Positions 28,270 to 38,295 of a stretch of 64,000 bases of DNA are shown here, piece after piece (the first letter of the stretch is position 1; each line of letters begins with the position of its first letter). The notes below the pieces were generated by a model. The model made no database searches. It was not told the origin of the DNA and saw only the letters and a list, made by a program, of their open reading frames with translations. Source of the stretch: Candidatus Latescibacterota bacterium. GTDB taxonomy: Bacteria > Latescibacterota > UBA2968 > GCA-2709665. Location of the stretch: contig OZ244744.1 in assembly GCA_965219455.1 (NCBI GenBank), positions 5,312,001-5,376,000 of the forward strand, given 5' to 3'. The position numbers were made by a program, and so were the translations under genes.

Positions 28270-29553
28270 TTAACGCTTTGTTTTTATGTGTTCTAAAAAC
28301 TTATCGATGTTGTCGGACGGCAGGACGGTCTGTACACCCGTTGCCAGGTTTTTCAACACAACGGTTTTCGACCTTAATTCGTCGGGTCCGATGATGGTTA
28401 CAAACGGGATCCCTTTACGGTGCGCGTATTTCAGTTGCCGGTCCAGTCGCTGGCCGGGCCTCAGACCCAGTTCGACGGCGAGCCCGCGGGATCGGGCCAC
28501 CCGCGCAAATCCGGCGGCGTGTTCGGCCATGTCTTCGGAAAAGACCGTAACCAGCACGTCTGCGATGGGAGCGCTTACGTCGGCAAGCAAATCCGATTCT
28601 TTCAACAGTTCGGTAACTGCCATGTCGCCAACGGCAAAGCCCACGCCGGGAACCGGCCTTTTGCCACCGACCTGAAGGGTCAGATTGTCGTATCGCCCGC
28701 CGCCGAACAAGGCGCGCCTGAGGGAATTTTTCGCCCAGGCTTCAAAAACAATGCCGGTGTAGTAGTCGAACCCACGCACGATTTTCAGGTCGGGTTCCAC
28801 GTATTCGGATACATTGTTCTTTTCAAGCAACCGGATGACCCGTTCAAGCCATGGCGAGAATCCCGGGTCTTTGCTCTCCAGGGTCTTTACAAGTTCGTCG
28901 ATCTGTTTTGAACTCAGGCCGAGGCTTTCCAGGTCGGCGCTGAATTTTCCGAAGGGCATCTTGTCGATCCGGTCGACAATGGAGAACAGCGGCCGAATCT
29001 GCCCGGAGGAAAGGCCCAGAGAGCGAATGAGGTGGCATTCGAGATCCTGCCGGTTATTCAGCCTCACCGACACCTTATCCGGAGGCAATCCGAGGATCTT
29101 GAACAGTTCACAGGCGATCGTGATGATTTCGACGTCGGCATAGAGGGTATCGATTCCGAGCAGATCGATGTTCCATTGAAAGAATGACCGCCCCCTGCCG
29201 CGCTGCGGGCGTTCGTACCGGTAGAAACGTCCGTAGGATTGCCAGCGCAAAGGAAAAACAAGCCGATCCTCCTGTTGGGCTACCATGCGGGCGAGCGTGG
29301 GCGTAAGCTCGGGACGAAGAACCAGGGTTTTCTCGTCGCGGCTGGCCAATGAGAACGTCTGCCGGCCCACGATCTCCTCGCTGGTCTTACCCAGGTAGAG
29401 GTCCATGTATTCAACGATTGGACCCTCGTATTCCTGGTAGCCGAAACCGGCGCCAAGCGCGATGCACTTTTCACCGAGCCATTTTTGTAGGGCCCAGTCT
29501 TCAGGGTAAAAATCCCTGACTCCTTTGACGCGAGGGATCAGTTCATTCGCCAT
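28270..29553 (-). CDS. hisS: Histidine--tRNA ligase
   Basis: KGVRDF, LRPELT, YRYERPQRGR, RGFDYYTG, GGGRYD. Confidence 0.97.
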   Translation of the reverse strand: MANELIPRVKGVRDFYPEDWALQKWLGEKCIALGAGFGYQEYEGPIVEYMDLYLGKTSEEIVGRQTFSLASRDEKTLVLRPELTPTLARMVAQQEDRLVFPLRWQSYGRFYRYERPQRGRGRSFFQWNIDLLGIDTLYADVEIITIACELFKILGLPPDKVSVRLNNRQDLECHLIRSLGLSSGQIRPLFSIVDRIDKMPFGKFSADLESLGLSSKQIDELVKTLESKDPGFSPWLERVIRLLEKNNVSEYVEPDLKIVRGFDYYTGIVFEAWAKNSLRRALFGGGRYDNLTLQVGGKRPVPGVGFAVGDMAVTELLKESDLLADVSAPIADVLVTVFSEDMAEHAAGFARVARSRGLAVELGLRPGQRLDRQLKYAHRKGIPFVTIIGPDELRSKTVVLKNLATGVQTVLPSDNIDKFLEHIKTKR

Positions 29554-29603
29554 GGTTTTCCGATTTCAAGTGGGTAAGCCCTTGATTTTCAGACAGATCG
29601 ACA

Positions 29604-29632
29604 AAGATAAACACAAGTTTACTCAATGTCAA
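29604..29632 (-). promoter_or_regulatory. sigma70-type promoter of hisS-aspS
   Basis: Minus strand TTGACA, 17 bp, TATCTT. Confidence 0.7.
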
Positions 29633-29638
29633 GATTTA

Positions 29639-30940
29639 TCAGGTTTCAGGTCGAAATGCCGCTTCGAGATGCCGAATCTGTGGCGAATTGTCCACAAAGC
29701 AAACGGAAATCACGTCGAAACGCGGAGCCATGTCGGGGGCGGGATGGCGTTGGAGATATGCCCGTGCGACCCGGACAATCTGTCGTTGTTTTTCGAGGGT
29801 CACGCGTGTTTCAGGGGGGCCGAAGCCCTGCACGGCGGTGGCTTTTACTTCGACAAACGCAAGAGTACGGCCCCTGGAAACGATCAGATCAATTTCTCCT
29901 CCCGACGCCCGGTAATTTCGACGGAGAATCCGGTAGCCCGTTCGTGCGAGCATGGCGGCGGCCGCGTTCTCACCCCGTTTGCCGGCCCAGGAAAGACGGG
30001 CTTGTGCATTTTCGATGCGGGGGAGGCGTCTATCCTCGTCCGCCTTCGGCGGCGCGTCTCGAGCCCGGACGCCCCCGCAGGCCGCGGAATCGGGATCGGC
30101 AGGGCCCGCCGCAGCCTCGGTTCTAACGGCGAAATCTCGGGAATTTTCGGTGTGGACGGGCAACGGCACCCCTTTGAAGGATCGGCGGTGTATCCGACAG
30201 GGGCCATATATTCGGAGGGCCCGCCGGTGGTCGGCGCTGCCATACCCCTTGTGGTCGGAGAAGCCGTATTCCGGGAATTCGTTATGGTAGGCGAGCATTT
30301 TGCGGTCTCTGGTTACTTTGGCGAGGATGGATGCGGCCGCGATGGAGAGGGAAGCGGCGTCCCCGTCGATGACGGCGGATTCCGGATACGGGCTTCCGGG
30401 AACGCCCGAGCCGTCCACAAGAACGCGGTCGGGTGGCACGCCAAGCCGCCTGATGGCGCGTCGCATGGCCAGATAGGTGGCCTGCAGGATATTGAGACGG
30501 TCGATTTCTTCCGACGAGGCTTCGCCGATGCCATAGGCGACAGCGGTCTCTTTGATCCGTTCGTAAAGGCTCGCCCGCTTAAGAGGCGTGAGCAACTTGG
30601 AGTCGTTCAGCCCCGGGATCAGGGTCTCCCTCGGAAAAATCACCGCGGCGGCTACGACCGGACCGGCCAACGGCCCTCTCCCGGCTTCGTCGACGCCGGC
30701 GATGCGGCAGACGCCCCGCGCGTGCAACCGGTTTTCCAGAACCCGCATTTTCTCAAGGCGTGCACGTTCGGCCGCGATGGATTTTCGACGTCGACGCTCT
30801 TTGAGAGCCAGAATGCGAACGCCGGCGCGAGGATCGGCATCCAGGACATCCAGCAGCGCCAGGTCGATATGTTCCCGGCGACGGAGGAGATCGCGAACCT
30901 CGGAAATGGTGAGATCTGACAGGTCCATGGGAACGGGCAT
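29639..30940 (-). CDS. rnhB: Ribonuclease HII fused to a C-terminal YraN/UPF0102 nuclease domain
   Basis: AGVDEAGRGPLAGPV, LNDSK, SIAAASILAKVTRD; linker; then GKRGENAA...NYR...GEIDLI...FVEVK...RFDVI. Confidence 0.92.
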   Translation of the reverse strand: MPVPMDLSDLTISEVRDLLRRREHIDLALLDVLDADPRAGVRILALKERRRRKSIAAERARLEKMRVLENRLHARGVCRIAGVDEAGRGPLAGPVVAAAVIFPRETLIPGLNDSKLLTPLKRASLYERIKETAVAYGIGEASSEEIDRLNILQATYLAMRRAIRRLGVPPDRVLVDGSGVPGSPYPESAVIDGDAASLSIAAASILAKVTRDRKMLAYHNEFPEYGFSDHKGYGSADHRRALRIYGPCRIHRRSFKGVPLPVHTENSRDFAVRTEAAAGPADPDSAACGGVRARDAPPKADEDRRLPRIENAQARLSWAGKRGENAAAAMLARTGYRILRRNYRASGGEIDLIVSRGRTLAFVEVKATAVQGFGPPETRVTLEKQRQIVRVARAYLQRHPAPDMAPRFDVISVCFVDNSPQIRHLEAAFRPET

Positions 30941-31356
30941 CCGTCCGGTGATACGAGTTTATGAAGCCAGAGAGAGGTATTCTGCCTGGAACGAACGCCA
31001 TACGTCAGAACCCCTGCGCTTTTCCGTTAAATTATGGTCGAATGCCAGTGAACATGCAAGAAAAAGCGGCCTGGCCGTCGCCAATGACGCGGCGAATCAG
31101 GAAGCTCGCTCCAAAACGAAGGACATCCGGGTCGGCCTTGGTGGATCCTGCGGTGTTGCGGCACTCGTTGCGCTCCCGGTTGCCGGGGGCAAATCCGCAG
31201 AAGGGTCAGGACCGCCTGGGCGTCCCGAAAAGTTGAATTCCGAAAGGTATATTTATATATTTGGATATCGTCGCCTGTTCGCGGGCTGCACGGGTCTTTC
31301 CGGATGGGCTCTCGAGTCGGCACCTCCAGAAGGTGCAATCGTTCAAGGAGAAAGTC

Positions 31357-33123
31357 GTGGAACCTCGTTCCGGAAACGACAACTTCCGAAAGCTGCTGCG
31401 GTTCGCCCGCCCCTACGCACCGCGTCTGGCGACAGCGCTGGGCCTGACCGTCCTGTTGGCGTTTCTGGAGATGGCGCCGCCGCTGATTACCATGTACATC
31501 GTGGACGAGGTTATCGTGGTGGGCAGGTGGGAAATGCTGGAGGCGGCACTGGCGTTACTGATCCTCGCACCGGCGCTCGCCGCGGGCCTGCGCGTGGTGA
31601 ACGCATTTACGTTTTCGTACGTCTCCAACCGACTGATCATGAATGTCCGCATGACGTTATATGAACATGTATTCCGGCTTTCCCTTGGGTACCATGAAGA
31701 AATGGGTACCGGAAAGGTAATGTCAAGGTTGATGGGGGACGTGGCAACGGTGCGGCAGATGGTCTCGATGCAAATGCTGCGCGTGATAACGGATTTCGTA
31801 TCGATCATCGCGGCGATGGCGATCTGTTACGGGCTGAACTGGAAGCTGGCGCTCCTGATGACCGTTCTGATACCCCTGTACTTTTTCAACTACAGGATTT
31901 TCGTAGGGCCGATACGCGTTTCAAGCCGGCGGTGGCGGCGGAAAATGGACGATGTGTCCGTGGGGCTGCAGGAGAGGCTGAGCGGGGCAATGCTGGTGAA
32001 GGCCTATGGGCGGGAAAGACGCGAGGACCGGGCGTTTGCGACGGAAACAAGGGAAAGCCTGACGTTCGCGATGCAGACGCAGACGCACCGGGCTTCGGCG
32101 AATACCGGCTTCTGGGTGGTGTCGGGGGTGCGCAATACCCTGATATTCTGTCTGGGCTGTTATTTCGTGATTCAGGGGGAAATGACGTACGGCGCCGTTA
32201 TGGCGTTCCTGTCGTACGCAATGCGGGTATTCCAGCCGATACTGAATCTGATGAACGTTGGCATTCTATTTGAACAGATGATGGTATCCGTGGATCGGAT
32301 CTATGAAGTGCTGGACCATCCGGTTGTAATACGGGACGCCGCTCACGCGGTGGATCTTCCCCCGATCCGCGGACAGGTCGTTTTCGACCGCGTCTGGTTC
32401 GAGTACAATGCCGGTGAACCCGTGTTGAAAAACATCTGCCTCGACGTAAAACCCGGTCAGATGGTGGCGCTGGTAGGGCATACCGGATGCGGAAAGTCCA
32501 CGCTGACCAGCCTGTTGATGCGATATTACGACGTTTCGGAAGGCGTCATCACGGTAGACGGCCACGATATTCGTGATGTCCGGTTGAAGTCTCTTCGGAA
32601 ACAGGTGGGCCAGGTGCTGCAGGACTCGGTACTGTTTAACATGACATTGCGCGAGAATCTCTGTTACGGCAATTCCCAGGTATCGGACCGGGAATTAATA
32701 GACGCCGCGAGGGTCGGCGAAATCCACGAATTCGCCATGCGAACGCGGGATGGATACAATTCAAAGGTGGGAGACGGCGGTATCAAGCTTTCGGTGGGAG
32801 AAAAACAGCGGCTCGCCATTGCCCGGGCGGTGCTGACCGATCCGGCGATAATGATTCTGGACGAGGCCACGTCGGCACTGGACTCGCTCTCCGAAGCCCT
32901 GATACAGAAAGCAATGGCCAACGTCCTGAAGGGACGGACGTCCTTCGTCATTGCGCACCGGCTGTCTACCGTTGTGAACGCCGATCTGATCCTGGTCATG
33001 GACCAGGGTGAAATCGTCGAACGCGGCAACCACGAGTCATTGATGCAAATCCGGAACGGGAAATACAAATGCCTCATCGATCAGCAATTTTCGGGCAGTG
33101 CGGCGTCGGACGCCGCGGGTTGA
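31357..33123 (+). CDS. ABC exporter, fused permease/ATPase (MsbA-like), subunit 1
   Basis: TM domain, GHTGCGKST, degenerate signature LSVGEKQR, ILDEATS; start chosen from SD AAGGAG plus GTG. Confidence 0.92.
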   Translation: MEPRSGNDNFRKLLRFARPYAPRLATALGLTVLLAFLEMAPPLITMYIVDEVIVVGRWEMLEAALALLILAPALAAGLRVVNAFTFSYVSNRLIMNVRMTLYEHVFRLSLGYHEEMGTGKVMSRLMGDVATVRQMVSMQMLRVITDFVSIIAAMAICYGLNWKLALLMTVLIPLYFFNYRIFVGPIRVSSRRWRRKMDDVSVGLQERLSGAMLVKAYGRERREDRAFATETRESLTFAMQTQTHRASANTGFWVVSGVRNTLIFCLGCYFVIQGEMTYGAVMAFLSYAMRVFQPILNLMNVGILFEQMMVSVDRIYEVLDHPVVIRDAAHAVDLPPIRGQVVFDRVWFEYNAGEPVLKNICLDVKPGQMVALVGHTGCGKSTLTSLLMRYYDVSEGVITVDGHDIRDVRLKSLRKQVGQVLQDSVLFNMTLRENLCYGNSQVSDRELIDAARVGEIHEFAMRTRDGYNSKVGDGGIKLSVGEKQRLAIARAVLTDPAIMILDEATSALDSLSEALIQKAMANVLKGRTSFVIAHRLSTVVNADLILVMDQGEIVERGNHESLMQIRNGKYKCLIDQQFSGSAASDAAG

Positions 33124-33172
33124 GAAGCGCAGCGGCCGCGCAACGCCGGTTGAGGCGCGGCAGGGGCGTACC

Positions 33173-35068
33173 ATGAACTCCAATATCGCTCGATTCTTCA
33201 GGATTTATGTACGGCCGTTCCGGTTTCGCGTTGCACTGGTAATGGGGCTGGCCGGTATATCGGGCTCGTATTTTTATGTTCTTGGATTCATAACCAAAAC
33301 AACGGTCGACGATGTACTGCAGATCCGGCCCGATACAAAGGCGGCGCCCGCCGCCGGCGCGATTACCGGCCCGCCTGCAGATTCGCAAAACAACCGCTCG
33401 GTGCGGGACCCGGAGCGGATCCTGCCACACGGCTGGGAGGTCGAACGTCCGGCGGCGACGAAAAGCCGGACCGAGAAAATCAGATGGCTCTGGGCGGTGT
33501 TTGCCCTGTACCTGACAGTGCGGTTCGTGTTCGCGGCAATGACCTGGTTCTTCAACTACAATATCGCTTTTGTGGGCAACCGAATTGTGTACCGCGTGCG
33601 GCTCGATCTGCACCAGAAGGTACAGAAGCTGCAAATGACTTTCTTTGACAGGAAGCAGACCGGCAAGATTATGTCGCGCATTCTGGACGATGTTCAACTG
33701 TTGGAAAACGAGGTAACCGCGACACTTGTAGATGCGTTCGGTCATTTGGCCAAGATCCTGATCGGCATTGTCGTCCTGCTTCTGATAAACGTGGAACTCG
33801 CGGCGGTGTCTCTTCTGGCGCTTCCCCTTTACGCAATCACCTACAAGTTGTTTCAACGGCCGATTTCGGAGACTTTCGCCCGGATGCGGGAAGCCTATTC
33901 GGACACGTACGGGATTCTGGAGGAACGGGTTCGAGGTATCCGGGTGGTCTATTCGTTTGCGAACGAACGGCGCGAACTTAGGATGTTCTTCAAACGCCTG
34001 GTCTCCATTTTCCGGCTTTCGGTGCGCAATTCAATGCTGAACGCGAGTCTTCGAGCCGCCTGCGCGTCCATAAGCGCTGTGGCCGTAGCGCTCATACTCT
34101 ACTGGGGTGTGCTGATGGTTCGGAGTGGCGGCCTGACGGTGGGCGAACTGATATTTTTCAATATGTCACTTTCCAATCTGTTTATGCCGCTTGTGGCACT
34201 GACCAACGTGAATATGGTTTTCCGGCAGATGGCGGTTGTCGTCTCGAGGGTATTCGAAGTCCTCGACGAGGAAATCTCGATCCGGGATCGGCCGGACGCG
34301 GTTCGCTTGAAGCGGGTGCGCGGACGGGTGGCGTTTCGGAACGTCAGGTTCCGGTACACCACCCAGGGAGACGACGTTATAAACGGGCTGACTTTCTCAG
34401 TCATGCCAGGCATGTCTGTGGCGGTAGTCGGTCCATCGGGAGCGGGCAAAAGCACGTTGCTGAGCCTGTTGCTTAGGCTCTACGAACCGACAAAGGGAAG
34501 TATTCTGCTGGACGACTACGATCTTCGCGACATACGCCTTTCGAGCATCCGGCGTCACATCAGCATGGTGCCGCAGGAACCGGTGCTATTCTCCGGTACG
34601 ATCGCCCAGAATATTGTTTACGGCCGGGATGGCGCAACGCCGGACCAGATTATGGAAGCTGGCAGGCGCGCGGAGTTGCACGATTTCATTATGAGTCTAC
34701 CGGAAAAATACGAGTCCAGGGTCGAAGAGGGCGGCAGCAATCTGTCCGGCGGCCAGAAGCAGCGCCTGGCGCTGGCTATGGCGATCTTGACCGACCCTGC
34801 CATCCTGATCCTGGATGATACGACGTCGGCGCTGGATGCCGGCACCGAGGCCCGTATCCAGAAGACGCTGGATCGGGTCATGGATGGGCGGACGACTTTT
34901 GTAATCACGCACCGGATATCAACGGCCACCCGTGCGGAACGGATTCTGGTACTGGACAATGGACGGATGGCGGGGTGGGGAACCCACGAGGCATTGCTGT
35001 CTGGGGGCGGGGTATACAGTCAGCTCTACGACGAGCAGCAGCGGTTGTCGACGGAGCCGGCAGGATAA
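33173..35068 (+). CDS. ABC exporter, fused permease/ATPase, subunit 2
   Basis: GPSGAGKST, LSGGQKQR, ILDDTTS (degenerate catalytic Glu); consistent with a heterodimeric exporter. Confidence 0.92.
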   Translation: MNSNIARFFRIYVRPFRFRVALVMGLAGISGSYFYVLGFITKTTVDDVLQIRPDTKAAPAAGAITGPPADSQNNRSVRDPERILPHGWEVERPAATKSRTEKIRWLWAVFALYLTVRFVFAAMTWFFNYNIAFVGNRIVYRVRLDLHQKVQKLQMTFFDRKQTGKIMSRILDDVQLLENEVTATLVDAFGHLAKILIGIVVLLLINVELAAVSLLALPLYAITYKLFQRPISETFARMREAYSDTYGILEERVRGIRVVYSFANERRELRMFFKRLVSIFRLSVRNSMLNASLRAACASISAVAVALILYWGVLMVRSGGLTVGELIFFNMSLSNLFMPLVALTNVNMVFRQMAVVVSRVFEVLDEEISIRDRPDAVRLKRVRGRVAFRNVRFRYTTQGDDVINGLTFSVMPGMSVAVVGPSGAGKSTLLSLLLRLYEPTKGSILLDDYDLRDIRLSSIRRHISMVPQEPVLFSGTIAQNIVYGRDGATPDQIMEAGRRAELHDFIMSLPEKYESRVEEGGSNLSGGQKQRLALAMAILTDPAILILDDTTSALDAGTEARIQKTLDRVMDGRTTFVITHRISTATRAERILVLDNGRMAGWGTHEALLSGGGVYSQLYDEQQRLSTEPAG

Positions 35069-35183
35069 GGAGACCGCAGCATCGCCCGGGGCATATCGAA
35101 GCGAAAATGAAATGATGTGTTGGGTGGGAGGGGCGGGCGGGATCGCCCACGCAATGTACAGTGGCCAAAAACCTGGCCTATCA

Positions 35184-35957
35184 TCATTCGTTTACGGACT
35201 CAAGATGGCTGAACTGGGTTTCGTCTTCGCCGCTGTATTTCTTGATGCAAAGGTCGCAATCCGGACATGGACGATTGTAGCAATTCTTGTGGACCCGGAC
35301 GGGGTACTGAACCTGAAAGGCTTCACAACAGTGTTTGGAACAGAAAACGTACCTGTCCTGGCAGCTCCCGAAAGCGGCGTAGACGACAATGACTTCCTCT
35401 TCGGCCAGCGTCAGGGCCTTTTCACACCAGCTGCAGATACCGGCCTGCTCCCTTGCCCGGGCGGTACGCTTTTTTTCGATTTCTTCTTCGGACCACAGGT
35501 ATTCTATGTGCTGGACGTTATCTTTGGTGACTTTCGTGCGCACCACGCCGTCGGTGATGCCCAGGATATGGTCGCCCTGCGTGTCGAAAGTGGTGCCGCA
35601 TTCGATCTTGTGCCCGGTTTTAAGGTGTATGATGGACTTGCCCTCTTCCGGCGAGATGAAAGAAAACCAGCCGCAGCTTGCGCAGACACTGGTGAAGAGA
35701 AACTGCCGCGTCTTGTGGCCGCACGACGGACAACGGCCTTCCTCCATCATACGGATGTCCTGGAGCGTGGCTTTGGCGGCATTCTTGACGGCAACGTTGA
35801 TTTCCTCCATCGTCTCGTCGAGATCGTCCGAGTCCTTCTCGCCAAGCAGACTCATGGCTTCTTCGGCTTCTTCCGCCTGTCTTTCAATAACGATCTGTTT
35901 CTCACGACTCGACGCCGGATTTTCTTCCTCGTCACGCTTGAAGATGCCCTTCAACAT
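35184..35957 (-). CDS. Hypothetical cysteine-rich multi-zinc-finger protein
   Basis: CPSC/CASC, CSWC...FCSKHC, HKNC...CPDCDLC; own promoter TTGACT-17-TATATT at 36126-36154. Confidence 0.75.
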   Translation of the reverse strand: MLKGIFKRDEEENPASSREKQIVIERQAEEAEEAMSLLGEKDSDDLDETMEEINVAVKNAAKATLQDIRMMEEGRCPSCGHKTRQFLFTSVCASCGWFSFISPEEGKSIIHLKTGHKIECGTTFDTQGDHILGITDGVVRTKVTKDNVQHIEYLWSEEEIEKKRTARAREQAGICSWCEKALTLAEEEVIVVYAAFGSCQDRYVFCSKHCCEAFQVQYPVRVHKNCYNRPCPDCDLCIKKYSGEDETQFSHLESVNE

Positions 35958-36186
35958 AAGGTCGCACCCCAATCTAAAGCCAACACGAACACGTTGTTGT
36001 CAACGTTGGGTTCGCAGGCGGACAGGCGGACTTCCAATGTAGTAAACACCGGTCCGGAATCTTGTGTTTTTCTCTCCGGCGCGGTCTATCGATAGAAAAT
36101 TAGAGGACACTGACGCACCTTGTTAAATATAACCATGGTCTACCGATAAGTCAATTTCCTGCGCACGAACCGGTATGTTGACAAAC

Positions 36187-36957
36187 TCAAAGGCGCCGCA
36201 GGTGGAAACCGCCGTCGACGGGAATCGCCGCCCCTGTCGTGAAGTCGAAATACCCCAGAGCGACAGCGGCTACCGCTTTCCCGACGTCTTCCGGCAAACC
36301 CCAGCGCCGGATGGGCGTTAGCCCGTCCGAAATCCGCCGGTCATATATTTCGCTGACCGGGGCGGTCATATCCGTCCTGATAATGCCGGGCTGGATCTCG
36401 TTGACGGTGATTCCGTGCTCGGCCAGCCGAACCGCAAAAAGCGCGGTCATCATGCTAAGGCCGGCCTTGGAGACACAGTACTCGCCTCTGGATGTGGAAG
36501 TTGCGAAGGCTGAAATCGACGTGACGTTTACGATTCTGGCCTTCGGCACAATCCCGTTCCTGGTGAGTTGGATCATGCGGTTGGCCGCCAGTTGAGTCAG
36601 GAAGTAGGCGCCTTTAAGGTTGGTACCGAGAACTTCATCGTAACTCTCGGGCGTGGCTTCCAGAATATCCGCGCGGGACCGCGGGGCAATGCCTGCGTTG
36701 TTTACGAGCAGGTCCAGACGGCCGAACGCGTCCATGGTAAATTCAACCAGGCGCCGTCTGTCTTCGGGAACCGCGACAGACGCCCGGCATATGCGCGCCC
36801 GGCGATTTCGCTTGTCGACCTCGCCGGCCGCCTGTTCCGCTGCTTCCCGGTTTTTTTCGTAGTTGACAATGATATCAAAACCGACGTCGGCCAGACAACA
36901 GGCAATGGCTCGGCCGATACCCCGGCTGGAGCCCGTAACGAGTGCGACAGGGGCCAT
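36187..36957 (-). CDS. SDR family oxidoreductase (3-ketoacyl-ACP reductase-like)
   Basis: TGSSRGIG, NNAG, YCVSK. Confidence 0.92.
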   Translation of the reverse strand: MAPVALVTGSSRGIGRAIACCLADVGFDIIVNYEKNREAAEQAAGEVDKRNRRARICRASVAVPEDRRRLVEFTMDAFGRLDLLVNNAGIAPRSRADILEATPESYDEVLGTNLKGAYFLTQLAANRMIQLTRNGIVPKARIVNVTSISAFATSTSRGEYCVSKAGLSMMTALFAVRLAEHGITVNEIQPGIIRTDMTAPVSEIYDRRISDGLTPIRRWGLPEDVGKAVAAVALGYFDFTTGAAIPVDGGFHLRRL

Positions 36958-37358
36958 GGTTTTTTCCTGCTTGATGTTGTGGGAATCCTGTGACGGGTCT
37001 GAAAAATGCAACGTTGCCCGCGGCGTCCGCCGAAATTGTTAATCTTGCGACGTTATTGCAACGAATCCCTACGTTGCAAGGGCGTTTGTACATATTCCCG
37101 GGCGGGTCGCGATTCAAGGAAGTCCGCCTTAAAGATATGAATTTCTTCGCTCTGGTGTGGGTTATTTTGGGGAGTGGGCATCGAATGGGTCAACCGATTC
37201 AACCCGCGTGCCGCGCCTGGAATGCAGGCGGTCAAAAGTCGTACTATAGAGTCCACATAACCGGTTTGTGTTCCGGAAGGGGGCTACTTCAATAGCTGCA
37301 ATACAGAAAGTAGACAAGATGAAGTAGAAAATTGGCATTATCGCTAGGGAGGCAGGCT

Positions 37359-38129
37359 ATGGAAAATCTCAAATCGGGACGGCTCGCGGGTAAGGTGGCC
37401 ATTGTAACGGGGGCATCATCCGGTATTGGGGAGGGTACCGCGATTCTGCTGGCCTGGGAGGGTGCCCGTGTCGCCGTGGTGGACGTGGACGTGGAGGGCG
37501 GTGTACGGACCGCGGACAGGATTGAAACAAGCGGCGGAGCGGCGATTTTTATCGAAGCCGACGTAAGCGAGGCTCTGCAGGTGCAAAAAATGGTGGCGCA
37601 AACGGTGGAAATATTCGGCAGGCTGGATATTCTGCATAACAACGCTATCTGGTACGACAATGCACCGGCCACCGAGTTGGAGGAAGCCGTGTGGGACAGG
37701 ACGTTGAACACGGGGCTGAAAGCAATCTATCTGGCGGCCAAGTACGCCATACCGGCAATGTTGAAGACAGGTGGCGGGTCGATTGTAAACACGGGTTCGG
37801 TGCACTCCCTTGTGGGGTTCGAGACCCATACGGCTTACGATGCCGCCAAAGCCGGGGTGCTGGGCATTACAAGGGTCCTGGCTTTGGATTACGGGCCCGC
37901 AATCCGCGTGAACGCGGTATTGCCCGGCGCGATTGAGACGCCCCTCTGGGAGCGGATGAAGGTCTCCTCGGAGGACCGGCGCAGAATGGCCGAAATGGTG
38001 CCGGCCAAACGGCTCGGCACCGCGGCCGACATCGCGTCCGCCGTCCTTTTCCTGGCTTCTGAAGAGGCGTCGTTCATAACCGGAACCTCGCTTGTCGTGG
38101 ATGGGGGAATGTTGGCGCGGACGATGTAA
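37359..38129 (+). CDS. SDR family oxidoreductase
   Basis: TGASSGIG, NNA, YDAAK. Confidence 0.92.
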   Translation: MENLKSGRLAGKVAIVTGASSGIGEGTAILLAWEGARVAVVDVDVEGGVRTADRIETSGGAAIFIEADVSEALQVQKMVAQTVEIFGRLDILHNNAIWYDNAPATELEEAVWDRTLNTGLKAIYLAAKYAIPAMLKTGGGSIVNTGSVHSLVGFETHTAYDAAKAGVLGITRVLALDYGPAIRVNAVLPGAIETPLWERMKVSSEDRRRMAEMVPAKRLGTAADIASAVLFLASEEASFITGTSLVVDGGMLARTM

Positions 38130-38295
38130 ATCATCACGCCAAATTGCCGGTATTGCTTCCCGTATCGCAGCGCAGGATCCGGAATTGGCGCAGAACAAGG
38201 TCGGACAGTCGCCAAATGCATCGTGCGCAGGGGCATGGGTTCACAGAACGACCCGCGCGCGGGCGTGAACGACGCTTCACGTCAGGTGGGTCGCG

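Noticed and set aside
28270-29553. hisS as a horizontally acquired, atypical HisRS
   Set aside because: Only an impression from the N-terminal sequence; it needs a phylogeny I cannot run, and hisS-aspS synteny is ordinary.
29525-31664. Long + strand ORFs 29525-30919 and 30588-31664
   Set aside because: Shadow frames over rnhB-yraN and the ABC gene in GC-rich DNA; no recognisable motifs.
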